NCBI GenBank assembly: GCA_905171695.1
Contig: LR991653.1
Span: forward strand, 1,228,957-1,292,956
DNA: 64,000 nucleotides
From: Candidatus Methanoperedenaceae archaeon GB37
Lineage (GTDB): Archaea > Halobacteriota > Methanosarcinia > Methanosarcinales > EX4572-44
Direction: 5' to 3'
The notes beneath the pieces are model-generated. The model ran no database searches, was not told the DNA's origin, and saw only the letters and a list, made by a program, of their open reading frames with translations. Made by a program: the position numbers and the translations under genes. Each line of letters starts with the position of its first letter. Positions within the stretch are counted from its first letter, which is position 1. This document shows positions 1-8,924 of this stretch, in pieces.

Positions 1-2039
1 CAATAGATTCCTTAAGTGCCTATGGTATGACTGCAATAGGTGATGGCATACATCTTGCAACTACAGAACTATTAAACAATGGAAGATCTAATGCAACCCT
101 TGTAGAGATACTGTTGTCAGACGGTTTTTCAAATCAAGGTTCAAATCCTCTTACAAGGGCAAATGAGGCTGCAAATGAAAGCATTACCATCTACACGATT
201 GGGCTTGGAGCTTATGTTGATCCCAGAATGCCACAAATAGCCAATATAACAGGTGGAAAATACTACTATACGCCAAACTCTTCCCAGTTAGAGGAGGTAT
301 ACAAAGAGATATACAGAGAACTGCAGCATAACACCATCCCGCATTATGTGGATGTTGTTGAGGTCACACAGAGATACATCGTGGATGAGGGTTCGTTCAA
401 TGTAGCACCAGATAATGTTAGTACTGACCCAGTAACTGGAGAGACGACGATCATCTGGAATGATGTCGGATCGATAAAAGATGACGATCCAGATTTATCT
501 CCGGATGAGAGGGTCAACTTGACGTTCACTGTCAAGTCTGGGCAGAACGGGCAAAATCTGCCTGTTGATGTTGCTGAAAAAGCGAAGGTATACTACAAGG
601 ATTCAGAGGGTGGAGATGGTGGATCAGTAGATATCCCGCAGGCATATATCAACGTCAACTGCCCACCAGTAGCAGATGCAGACGGTCATTATAGCGTACC
701 TGAAGGCACACTGATAACCTTTAACGCAAGTGGTTCTTATGATCTTGATGGAGATACGCTGCAGTATAGATGGGACTTTGATGACGATGGACTTTGGGAT
801 ACAGCTTGGTCACACAATCAAACAGCTTCGCATACTTGGTGCGATGACCACACAGGAAGAGTAAAAGTGGAAGTATCAGACGGCGTGCTAACGGACAATG
901 ATACAGCATTAGTAACCATTAACAATACAGCACCAACAGTGGATGCTGGATATAACCAGACAGTCAATGAAAACGATATGGTATGTTTCAGTGGAAGCTT
1001 TACAGATCCTGGTTGTGACACATGGACGTATGAATGGGACTTTGGTGATGGCAGCCCAGTTGAGACCGGTACCTGCACACCCGGTACGCCAATTACAGCC
1101 ACACACATCTACACACATCCAGACATCTACACCGCGACGTTAGTGGTGACAGATGATGATGGTGGAGTTGGAAGTGACGATGTCAAAATCAGGGTGAGAC
1201 CGACCATGGGATTGAAATACGTGGACGTAGATAGCGAGGGTAGGATCGTGTATATGCTGAGCAGGTTTGGCGAGGTCTATTATACCACAAGAGAAAATGA
1301 TAACTGGCGAAGGTATGGAATCGGGCCGTGGCAACCACCGATAGGTGAGTATGTGGGCGTCTCAAGTCAGGGTATCAACTGTGTATATATCCTGCGGGAA
1401 GATGGCACTGTTTACTACACACTGAGATCAAACGACAACTGGAGGCAGTATGGTACCGGTACACAACAGCCGTCGGCTGGTAACTATGTGGATCTTACAA
1501 GTGATGGGATCAGAAAAGTCTACATCCTGAGAGATGATGGCACTGTTTACTACACACTGAGATCAAACGACAACTGGAGGCAGTATGGTAGTGGAGCCCC
1601 CCCTCCTGGTAGATACGTGGGCATTGCTGGTGAAAGTGATGAGATCAACTACTATGCATATATTCTGAGGGATGATGGCACGGTCTACTACACAAACAGG
1701 ACTAACGAAAACTGGACACAGTATGGCACTGTAGCACCCCCAGGCGATTATGTAGACATCGTTAGTGACAACATTACGCGGGTTTACATCTTGAGAGATG
1801 ACGGTACGGTCTACTACACAAGTGGGATTGACGAAAACTGGACACAGTATGGTACTGGTTTTCCACAACCACCTGGTCCGGGAGTGTTTGGGTATCAAGC
1901 ACTCAGCAGCGAATGGGTCGAGCAGATGGTAGAGCGAGTGGTGTACATCCTGAATGAGGAAGCAGAAGTATATTACACCTCAAAAATTGATGAAGGATGG
2001 TGTCGATATGGTACTGGTCCACAACAACCACCTACTTAA
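1..2039 (+). CDS. Secreted multidomain protein (5' end outside window): vWA-domain tail, two PKD domains, six ~45-aa tandem repeats
   Basis: The frame of ORF 27..2039 stays open back to nt 3 (IDSLSAYG precedes the first Met), so the gene starts upstream. 'LLSDGFSNQG...ITIYTIGLG' is vWA-like. 'YRWDFDDDG' and 'YEWDFGDGS...TATLVVTDDDG' are PKD hallmarks. Six copies of VYILRDDGTVYYT-x-R-x-N-D/E-NW-x-QYG follow. Confidence 0.8.
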   Translation, partial: IDSLSAYGMTAIGDGIHLATTELLNNGRSNATLVEILLSDGFSNQGSNPLTRANEAANESITIYTIGLGAYVDPRMPQIANITGGKYYYTPNSSQLEEVYKEIYRELQHNTIPHYVDVVEVTQRYIVDEGSFNVAPDNVSTDPVTGETTIIWNDVGSIKDDDPDLSPDERVNLTFTVKSGQNGQNLPVDVAEKAKVYYKDSEGGDGGSVDIPQAYINVNCPPVADADGHYSVPEGTLITFNASGSYDLDGDTLQYRWDFDDDGLWDTAWSHNQTASHTWCDDHTGRVKVEVSDGVLTDNDTALVTINNTAPTVDAGYNQTVNENDMVCFSGSFTDPGCDTWTYEWDFGDGSPVETGTCTPGTPITATHIYTHPDIYTATLVVTDDDGGVGSDDVKIRVRPTMGLKYVDVDSEGRIVYMLSRFGEVYYTTRENDNWRRYGIGPWQPPIGEYVGVSSQGINCVYILREDGTVYYTLRSNDNWRQYGTGTQQPSAGNYVDLTSDGIRKVYILRDDGTVYYTLRSNDNWRQYGSGAPPPGRYVGIAGESDEINYYAYILRDDGTVYYTNRTNENWTQYGTVAPPGDYVDIVSDNITRVYILRDDGTVYYTSGIDENWTQYGTGFPQPPGPGVFGYQALSSEWVEQMVERVVYILNEEAEVYYTSKIDEGWCRYGTGPQQPPT
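1401..1590 (+). repeat. Intragenic tandem repeat: identical 55-nt block at 1401-1455 and 1536-1590 (135-nt period)
   Basis: Both blocks read gatggcactgtttactacacactgagatcaaacgacaactggaggcagtatggta. They encode DGTVYYTLRSNDNWRQYG in adjacent protein repeats. Confidence 0.9.
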
Positions 2040-2071
2040 CCCACCTACCTAATCAGACGGAGAAATCCCTC

Positions 2072-2094
2072 TTTTCTAATTTTTGTTGTTTTTT
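2072..2094 (+). terminator. Oligo-T tract between convergent genes (archaeal-type terminator candidate)
   Basis: cttttctaatttttgttgtttttt lies about 35 nt after the stop of the vWA/PKD gene. Several T4-T6 runs. Confidence 0.35.
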
Positions 2095-2165
2095 CCTTCC
2101 AATTCACAAACAGAATTTTAAAAAGGATTTTTTGCATAACGTGCCGCATGAGAAACCAGCGATCA

Positions 2166-2699
2166 CTACTCATGTCGCCGCACGGCTCCGAGTATCTCCC
2201 TCTTTACCAGTACAAACCATAGCACGAACGGGACTGCCACCCGGCTAACTGACATGAAGATAACAACTGTCTCCCATGCTTCTGAACCACCACAGTACAT
2301 TGGAACGTGAGATGCAAGATCCACAATATGAGCGCAGAAGAGAATAAAGAGACCGATCAAGAGAACCTTCACCCGCCGCATAGGAAGAACCCCTGGCGTT
2401 GCAAGGATTAGAGCAATCAGCGGAACGAGATTAAAGTTTGATAGCTGTGCGTGGCTCTCCATGCCGATGATCACCCCCTGGCAGAGAAAGAATGGTGTTT
2501 CGCTTGCACCCACATTATAACCCATCGCAAGCAGCGTCTTGCCTGTAACAACCTCCACATGATAACCCAAGAGAAGGAGCACGTACTTTGAGACCCATGC
2601 CAAGAGATCGAGGTACTTCTCACCGATCGGTATCCAGACGAGAAAGAGGAGAGCTGTCAGGGCGAGAAACCTGATGAGAAACTTGAGCCTGCCATTCAT
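2166..2699 (-). CDS. Small polytopic membrane protein; looks like an archaeosortase-family paralog lacking the Cys and Arg positions
   Basis: By-eye alignment to the upstream ORF: 'ESHAQLSNFNLVPLIALILATP' against 'ECTAIFGAIVYLSCILAYP', and 'RRVKVLLIGLFILFCAHIVDL' against 'KKVIGIAFGFPALYAINMVRL'. Its start overlaps the upstream stop (ATGA at 2696-2699). Confidence 0.4.
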   Translation of the reverse strand: MNGRLKFLIRFLALTALLFLVWIPIGEKYLDLLAWVSKYVLLLLGYHVEVVTGKTLLAMGYNVGASETPFFLCQGVIIGMESHAQLSNFNLVPLIALILATPGVLPMRRVKVLLIGLFILFCAHIVDLASHVPMYCGGSEAWETVVIFMSVSRVAVPFVLWFVLVKREILGAVRRHE

Positions 2700-3268
2700 C
2701 GTACCACCCGGTCAAGCCAGATGAGCCAGATGATGATCACGAAGACGATGAAGATTGTCTGCCAGAGATACGTGTGCACATACTCGAATGCCTCTGGACT
2801 TGAGACTCCCACAACTGCGAGGACGACGAGCCGCACCATATTGATTGCATAGAGAGCGGGAAACCCGAAAGCGATGCCTATGACCTTCTTCCCGGGATTC
2901 GTTGGGTATGCAAGGATGCATGAGAGGTAGACGATCGCGCCGAAGATTGCAGTACACTCATCGATTATCCTGAGCCCCAAGCCATCGAGAGTCACGTTGT
3001 TTCCATTGACAGTAACATCCATTCCAGAGAGACTGAGCAAAAACCCGAGAACAGACGCTGTTATATCTTCCAGAAAAGAGAAATAATCCATGAAACGATA
3101 AAAAAGAAGATAGAAAACTGTGCAAAAACCGATAAATAGAAGAATGAACCTTATAACATCTCTGTTCTGCTCGATGTAATCGAAGACATCCCCCATGGCA
3201 ATACTCATCTTCATAGAAAAATAAAAAAAGTTGGAGGGATGAAGGTAGGTATTACCTTCTCCTAACAA
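2696..3268 (-). CDS. Small archaeosortase/exosortase-family membrane protein
   Basis: Polytopic protein with the family's three signature positions in order: Cys in 'IIDECTAIFG', Arg in 'YAINMVRLVVL', His in 'EYVHTYLW'. The start may instead be the internal Met at 3214 (MKMSIAMGD), which removes the 17-nt overlap with the cargo gene. Confidence 0.6.
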   Translation of the reverse strand: MLGEGNTYLHPSNFFYFSMKMSIAMGDVFDYIEQNRDVIRFILLFIGFCTVFYLLFYRFMDYFSFLEDITASVLGFLLSLSGMDVTVNGNNVTLDGLGLRIIDECTAIFGAIVYLSCILAYPTNPGKKVIGIAFGFPALYAINMVRLVVLAVVGVSSPEAFEYVHTYLWQTIFIVFVIIIWLIWLDRVVR

Positions 3269-4265
3269 TCATGCCTGCACCGAATATCCCAAGCAAACCG
3301 ATCAGTGCCACGAGTCCGATCGGGCCAATCGCTGGGACTTCCGGACAGGGCGGTACGTGGATCGTGTCGACATCAACACCGGTCAAACCATTGCTGTCTG
3401 TAACCCGCAGTCCAACCGTGTAATCACCAGGCTCTGTCCACGGGGGAGTTGTCGTGCAGCTTGAAGTCTCTTCGTCGTAGACCCCGTCATTATCGAAATC
3501 CCATTCATACTTCACGATCGTGGCACCAGGCTCGTTTGCACGTGACCCGCAACCACTGAGTGTAATAGCTCCAGGAACACAGCCATATCCGCTAAGTACC
3601 GCGGTGGGTGGCAACATGTGATGGTAACATTCTTTGCCGGTGTTATCCTCTGCTCCACCTGCTTGCGTATCTGCCCAGCCCCTGAGGCAATAGTCATCAG
3701 GATCTATATCACAGTTCGTTCCATCAATCGATACGCTGAGTTCAACGGTATGGTAGGGTCCAGGACCTGAGGTTGGTCTGTGTGCTGCAGCAGTAACTGC
3801 TCCCGGGATTTCAGTCGTTCCATCAGCCTGGAAAAGATAAGAATCGCCCTTGCAATAGTTTAAGACATAGTCCACATCGCCATCATTATCGCTGTCTATA
3901 TCAACATAATACTGCTCATAGGAACACTGTGGAGCACCCTCACCAACACCAGGTTTTTCATACTGACTTGATCCGATGTCCGTGTTACTACCATCGTCGT
4001 CGGCATCGCCTGCCACACCATATACATCAATCCTCACGTAGAGCGTATTGCCTTCGATAACTCCCCAGAGCGACGATATGTCATATCCCTCAATGGATAC
4101 GTCACCTTCATCAGGATCAGTGCAATGTATGTCGGGAGTAACTGAACTCCAGTCAGTCGGGTCTCCATCCACGGTTATCATCGCCGCCGCGCTCGATGCC
4201 AGCAACGTGAGAACTGCCATCGCTGCAACAACAGCTATCGGTATTCTTAGTCTTTTAATATTCAT
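3252..4265 (-). CDS. Secreted protein with a PKD domain and a tripartite C-terminal sorting signal (VPxxxP-like motif, TM helix, RRR)
   Basis: N-terminal signal peptide (MNIKRLRIPIAVVAAMAVLTLLASSAAA). PKD motif 'YEWDFDNDGVYD...YTVGLRVTDSNG'. The C-terminus reads 'PEVPAIGPIGLVALIGLLGIFGAGMIVRRR'. Confidence 0.75.
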   Translation of the reverse strand: MNIKRLRIPIAVVAAMAVLTLLASSAAAMITVDGDPTDWSSVTPDIHCTDPDEGDVSIEGYDISSLWGVIEGNTLYVRIDVYGVAGDADDDGSNTDIGSSQYEKPGVGEGAPQCSYEQYYVDIDSDNDGDVDYVLNYCKGDSYLFQADGTTEIPGAVTAAAHRPTSGPGPYHTVELSVSIDGTNCDIDPDDYCLRGWADTQAGGAEDNTGKECYHHMLPPTAVLSGYGCVPGAITLSGCGSRANEPGATIVKYEWDFDNDGVYDEETSSCTTTPPWTEPGDYTVGLRVTDSNGLTGVDVDTIHVPPCPEVPAIGPIGLVALIGLLGIFGAGMIVRRR

Positions 4266-4534
4266 CTTATTCTATTCCTCCTTTCCATTTCTTATTTTAT
4301 ATTCTTATTTTCATGCGTGTACAGATTTCTTATCTGTCATTTACACGTGTATGCTGTTAATCATTAATAAAGCATTAAGAACAACAGGTCAGTACCTAAA
4401 ATACTTCATCTGGAAGAGAGACTCACGTGAAAAGAAGACACGCAAGAAGAGATACCAGACCAAACACCCCCATAGAAAGACGAGAAGGGAGGTACATTGA
4501 AGACCATGACCCCGCAACAACAAATATTACAGAA

Positions 4535-5263
4535 TCACTCTTCACAACACCCAAGCGGATACTTCGCAGAATCTCCCACACGATTCAAAAGCAGAATCAC
4601 ATCACCCATATCGATCCTGCCATCGCAGTTCACATCACCCGTCCGCTCCTCAACTGGATACCCAGCCGGATATCCAACATGGTTCAGGAGGTGTGTTACA
4701 TCACCCATGCCGATCATACCATCACCACCCGGATACGGTGCAACATCACCACAGACTATTACTGCTCCATTAAGAATACAAAACTCTCCATCGGTTACAC
4801 TGTCTGGTACTATAACCTGGGGATTTCCAATAGTTCCGTCGGTCAGCTCGGTAACGGTGAGGTCTAAATCACTGCACTCGCCTGAATCTCCAACCGGGCA
4901 AAACTCAAGTTCTACGAACTTGACAGTTCCTGTTGGACCTGGACTGGCTCCTGTTGCAGCCACCATCGTGAGCGTTCCAACCGGGTTCTCATTGATCGTC
5001 ACACCACCAAGATCGCCGTCAGCAACCTTGCCGTTGTAGTCAACCACCAATGGGTCATAGACGAGTGTCATCGTTGCAGAGCCTATACCCTGAGGATCAT
5101 CAGTCTCGATCATGATAGAGACCGTATCACACTTATCAGACTCCACGTTTACAGGATTGACCAAGACCGATGTTGTTTCATCGGCTGCCACGTTGGTTGC
5201 TACTGATACCAGTAGTATTATAAATATTACCGTTGCGATGGTTGGTATTGTTCTTTTTTTCAT
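4535..5263 (-). CDS. Secreted cohesin-domain plus dockerin-domain protein
   Basis: Signal peptide, then a cohesin-like beta-sandwich segment (TVSIMIETDDPQGIGSATMTLVYDP...TVKFVELEF). The C-terminus has duplicated dockerin Ca-binding segments: 'GDGMIGMGDVTHLLNHV' and the canonical 'GDVNCDGRIDMGDVILLLNRV'. Confidence 0.7.
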   Translation of the reverse strand: MKKRTIPTIATVIFIILLVSVATNVAADETTSVLVNPVNVESDKCDTVSIMIETDDPQGIGSATMTLVYDPLVVDYNGKVADGDLGGVTINENPVGTLTMVAATGASPGPTGTVKFVELEFCPVGDSGECSDLDLTVTELTDGTIGNPQVIVPDSVTDGEFCILNGAVIVCGDVAPYPGGDGMIGMGDVTHLLNHVGYPAGYPVEERTGDVNCDGRIDMGDVILLLNRVGDSAKYPLGCCEE

Positions 5264-5303
5264 TATAGTATCACGTCCGTATGTGGTTATGGAGTGATGG
5301 TAT

Positions 5304-6416
5304 TTAAGGTCTTCTGCTTGTGTTTCTCAGTTCTTCTTGTAGTATCTCTTCTCTGAGTTTCTGGAACCATCCTTCTTCTATTGCGGTCTGTATTTCGTGC
5401 ATGAGTCTCTGGGTGTGGTGGATGTTGTGGATTGTTGCGAGGCGTTGTGCGAGTGGTTCTTTTTGTTTGAAGAGGTGGTGTAGGTAGGCGCGGGTGTGGT
5501 GTTGGCAGGTGTAGCAGGTGCAGTCTTCTTCGAGTGGTCGTTGGTCGTTTCTGTATCTTTGTCGTGTGATGTTTATTCGTTTGTCTCTTGTTGTGATGCT
5601 TGCGTGTCTGGCGTTTCGTGTGGGGTAGGTGCTGTCGAATATGTCTATTCCGGTTGCGATTGCGTTCAGCAGTTCTCGGGTTGAACCGACTCCCATTAGG
5701 TAGCGGGGTTTCTCGCTTGGGAGGAGTGGTGTTGTGTGGTTGAGTGTCTGTTGCATGAGTTCTTTTGGTTCTCCTATTGATAGTCCTCCTATTGCGTATC
5801 CGTCAAACTCGATTTTTGTTAGTTCGTGGGTGTTTTTTTCTCGTAGTTTTGGGTCTGTTCCGCCTTGTATTATTGCGAATAATTGTTGCTTTCTTCCTGG
5901 GTTGTGGGCTTCTTTTGATCGTTCTGCCCATCTGGTTGTGCGGTTGGTTGCTTCTATTATTTCTTCTCGCGTGGCGTTGTGTGGTGGGCAGTGGTCGAGT
6001 ACCATTGCAACGTCGCTATCGAGTTCGTTCTGTATCTTCATGCATAGTTCTGGTGTGTAGGTCTCTTTTCTTCCGTTCTTCAGATCTCTGTATTCGATTC
6101 CGTTCTCTGTTATCTTGAATCTGAAGTCTTTTCTGATTATCTGGAATCCTCCGCTGTCTGTGAATATTTTTTCTTTCCAGTTCATGAAGTTGTGGAGTCC
6201 TCCTGCTCTTCTTATCGCTTCGAAGGCTGTTATGTAGAGGTGGAAGGCGTTTGCTATGATCGTGTCTGTCCGGGTCTCTATGAGTTCTTCGTTGTTGAGT
6301 GTCTTTACGGTGGCTTTGGTTGCAACCGGGATGAAGGCTGGTGTTCTGATGGTTCCGTGTGCTGTCTTTAGCTCTCCAGTCCGTGCTCCATTCTCTTCTG
6401 CGATCAGTTTGAACAT
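5304..6416 (-). CDS. tgt: Queuine/preQ1 tRNA-ribosyltransferase, bacterial-type TGT (no PUA domain)
   Basis: 370 aa. Motifs 'TDSGGFQ', 'LMGVGSTRELLNAIATGIDIFDSTYPTRNARHA' and the zinc motif 'CTCYTCQHHTRAYLHHL' match the bacterial/eukaryal TGT pattern rather than the ArcTGT pattern. Confidence 0.85.
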   Translation of the reverse strand: MFKLIAEENGARTGELKTAHGTIRTPAFIPVATKATVKTLNNEELIETRTDTIIANAFHLYITAFEAIRRAGGLHNFMNWKEKIFTDSGGFQIIRKDFRFKITENGIEYRDLKNGRKETYTPELCMKIQNELDSDVAMVLDHCPPHNATREEIIEATNRTTRWAERSKEAHNPGRKQQLFAIIQGGTDPKLREKNTHELTKIEFDGYAIGGLSIGEPKELMQQTLNHTTPLLPSEKPRYLMGVGSTRELLNAIATGIDIFDSTYPTRNARHASITTRDKRINITRQRYRNDQRPLEEDCTCYTCQHHTRAYLHHLFKQKEPLAQRLATIHNIHHTQRLMHEIQTAIEEGWFQKLREEILQEELRNTSRRP

Positions 6417-6417
6417 A

Positions 6418-7422
6418 TTATTCTTCCCTTGTTATTAGCATGGCGTCTCCAAAGCTGTAGAATCGGTATTTGTGTGCTATTGCAGTTTGATAGGCGTGAA
6501 ATACTCGTTTTATTCCTGCAAAGGCTGAGACCATCATGATGAGGGTTGAGCGCGGGAGGTGGAAGTTTGTTATGAGGGCGTCTGCCTTCGATCTGAAGGT
6601 GTAGGGTGGATGGATGAAGAGGTCGGTGCAACCATTGTAGGCTCTGAGTCTCCCGTTTCTGAACGCGGTTTCGAGTGCTCGGAGTGTCGTGGTTCCGACC
6701 GGTATAAGCCTCCCGATTCTCTCGTTTATGGTCTCTGCGGTCTCCTCTGTTATCGTGACCTCTTCCGGGTGCATCCTGTGCTCGCTCGTCTCATCGGTTC
6801 TGACCGGCATGAATGTACCTGGTCCAACGTGGAGGGTGATCGTTGTGATCACGACGCCCATCTTCCGTATTCTCTGGAGGAGTTCTTCTGTGAAGTGGAG
6901 TCCTGCGGTTGGTGCTGCAATCGATCCCTCGTGTTTGGCATAGACGGTCTGGTACTCGTTCGGGTCAAGAGGTTCTCTCTTGATATAGGGTGGGAGTGGC
7001 ATCTCCCCGTATCTCTCCAAGAGTTCGCGCGGAGGCGTTCTGAACTCGAGGAGCCATCTTCCCTCGCCCAGCCTCTCCACTACTCGCGCGGGCGAGCTCT
7101 TGAAGTGGATTTTCAGGTCTGGCTTGATCTTCCTTCCCTTGAGAAAGCACTCCCAGAGATTACCACTGCCATTGATTTCACGTATCAGGAGTGCCTTCAC
7201 ACGCCCTCCCGTGGGTTTGAATCCAACAAGCCTTGCAGGGATGACCTTCGTGTCGTTCAAGACGAGGACGTCCCCACTCTCGAGGTACTCAGGGAGTTCA
7301 TAGAATCGTTTATGAAGAATCTCCTCTTCTACTATCATCAGTCTGGACGAGTCTCTCGGGCTTGCAGGTCTCTGTGCTATGAGATCTCCTGGGAGGTCGT
7401 ACTCGAATCTGGATACGTTCAT
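6418..7422 (-). CDS. queA: S-adenosylmethionine:tRNA ribosyltransferase-isomerase
   Basis: 'FEYDLPGDLIAQRPASPRDSSRLM', 'PPYI', 'HVGPGTF.PV' and 'VGTTTLRALE' are QueA hallmarks. Start taken at MNVSRFEY (7422); the tracked ORF extends to 7506 and would overlap hisA. Its stop lies 1 nt from the tgt start. Confidence 0.85.
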   Translation of the reverse strand: MNVSRFEYDLPGDLIAQRPASPRDSSRLMIVEEEILHKRFYELPEYLESGDVLVLNDTKVIPARLVGFKPTGGRVKALLIREINGSGNLWECFLKGRKIKPDLKIHFKSSPARVVERLGEGRWLLEFRTPPRELLERYGEMPLPPYIKREPLDPNEYQTVYAKHEGSIAAPTAGLHFTEELLQRIRKMGVVITTITLHVGPGTFMPVRTDETSEHRMHPEEVTITEETAETINERIGRLIPVGTTTLRALETAFRNGRLRAYNGCTDLFIHPPYTFRSKADALITNFHLPRSTLIMMVSAFAGIKRVFHAYQTAIAHKYRFYSFGDAMLITREE

Positions 7423-7436
7423 CCTCACACCGCCAT

Positions 7437-8159
7437 TCAGACCTTCATCGCATCCTCGAGGCTGAATCGTTCGAGGTAGAGTGCTGTGCCGACCACAACA
7501 CCACACACTCCACTCTCCTTGAGGATTGCAACGTCTTCGAGCGTTGTGATACCGCCCGATCCGATCACAGGTATTCTGACCGCTCTCACAAGCTCTGCAG
7601 TGGGTTCTGGACGAACGCCCTGGAGCATGCCCTCGGTCTCAATGTTGGTGAATAGTATGCTCCCTGCGCCGAGCCTCTCGAACTCCCGCGCGTACTCGGT
7701 CGGGGTGAGACTCGTCTTCTCTCTCCACCCATGGGTTGTGACCTTACCATCTCTTGCATCGAGTGCCACTGTTATGTGCCTCTTTCCGAACTCGTCTGAG
7801 AGATCTCGTACAAACTCTGGGTTTTGGATCGCAGCAGTTCCGATTATCACACGCTCAACCCCTATCTCAAGAAGGCTTGTGACATCAGCGTGCGTCCGAA
7901 TCCCACCGCCCACCTGGACCTCCACACCACCACTCCTTCTAATGATCTCATCGACGAGGTCCTTGTTTTCCCGCACGCCGCCTATCGCACCGTCAAGATC
8001 GATTATGTGAAGTGCCTCTGCGCCCTCTTCGACCCATCTCATTGCAACCCCTACTGGATCTTCTATCGAGACCCGTGTTCTCGTGGGAACGCCCTGCACG
8101 AGCTGAACACAGCGTCCATTCTTCAGATCAACGGCAGGAATTACCTTGAAGATACTCAA
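7437..8159 (-). CDS. hisA: ProFAR isomerase (histidine biosynthesis)
   Basis: 'IPAVDLKNGRCVQLVQG', 'HIIDLDGA', 'VQVGGGIR' and 'VIGSGGI' are a typical HisA (beta/alpha)8 pattern. Confidence 0.9.
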   Translation of the reverse strand: MSIFKVIPAVDLKNGRCVQLVQGVPTRTRVSIEDPVGVAMRWVEEGAEALHIIDLDGAIGGVRENKDLVDEIIRRSGGVEVQVGGGIRTHADVTSLLEIGVERVIIGTAAIQNPEFVRDLSDEFGKRHITVALDARDGKVTTHGWREKTSLTPTEYAREFERLGAGSILFTNIETEGMLQGVRPEPTAELVRAVRIPVIGSGGITTLEDVAILKESGVCGVVVGTALYLERFSLEDAMKV

Positions 8160-8851
8160 TCTCTCTTTAACACCTCTACACTCTCGTCTCTCTTCCCAAC
8201 GTAGACCTCTCCAACATCTGTGAAGATGCCATGTTCAACCACACCGACACAGGACGAAAGCTCTCCTGAGAGCACATCGGGTGATTCGATCACGCCAAAA
8301 TCAACATCGAGGATGAAGTTACCATTATCGGTTATAACAGGTCCATCCTTTCTGAGAGCCGTCCGAAGAGTCGGTCTTCCACCAAGCGATTTCACCTCTC
8401 TAATAACGATCGAGAGCGCCGCGGGAATAACTTCGATCGGGACGGGATGGTCGAGGCGTTCTACGAGCTTCCCTTCATCAACGGCGATCACAAACCGCTT
8501 TGAAGAGGATGCAACGATCTTTTCGAGAGTGTGAGCCGCACCCCCGCCTTTGATCGCGTTGAAGTGCGCGTCCACCTGGTCAGCACCGTCAATTGCAATA
8601 TCGAGAGATGGATTCTCGTCAAGTGTCGTGAGCGGTATTCCATGCCTGATTGCGAGAAATCGAGACTGGTACGATGTGGGCACGCCGAGAATCTCAAGAC
8701 CAGACTCAACCATCTTCCCAAGCTCTTCAATCGCACATGCGATCGTTGAACCTGTGCCGATACCCACCACGTCACCAGCAGTAACAAGGTGTGCTACACG
8801 CTTCCCAACGATCCTCTTCTCAACAGTTATCTCGCGGCTTCGTTCGAGCAT
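8156..8851 (-). CDS. rpiA: Ribose-5-phosphate isomerase A
   Basis: 'VVGIGTGSTIACAIEELG', 'IDGADQVD' and 'KGGGAAHTLEK'. 4-nt overlap with hisA. Confidence 0.9.
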   Translation of the reverse strand: MLERSREITVEKRIVGKRVAHLVTAGDVVGIGTGSTIACAIEELGKMVESGLEILGVPTSYQSRFLAIRHGIPLTTLDENPSLDIAIDGADQVDAHFNAIKGGGAAHTLEKIVASSSKRFVIAVDEGKLVERLDHPVPIEVIPAALSIVIREVKSLGGRPTLRTALRKDGPVITDNGNFILDVDFGVIESPDVLSGELSSCVGVVEHGIFTDVGEVYVGKRDESVEVLKRD

Positions 8852-8924
8852 CTCTCAAGACCTACAGACACTACAACGGATAAAGATTACTGAAGAGACC
8901 CTTCAAACTCCTATGTTATCGTGT

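Noticed and set aside
6559-7479. 306-aa plus-strand ORF, plus several shorter ones, across the queA region
   Set aside because: Antisense to a gene with clear QueA motifs. The translation is Cys/Arg-rich with no recognisable features. This is a typical shadow ORF.
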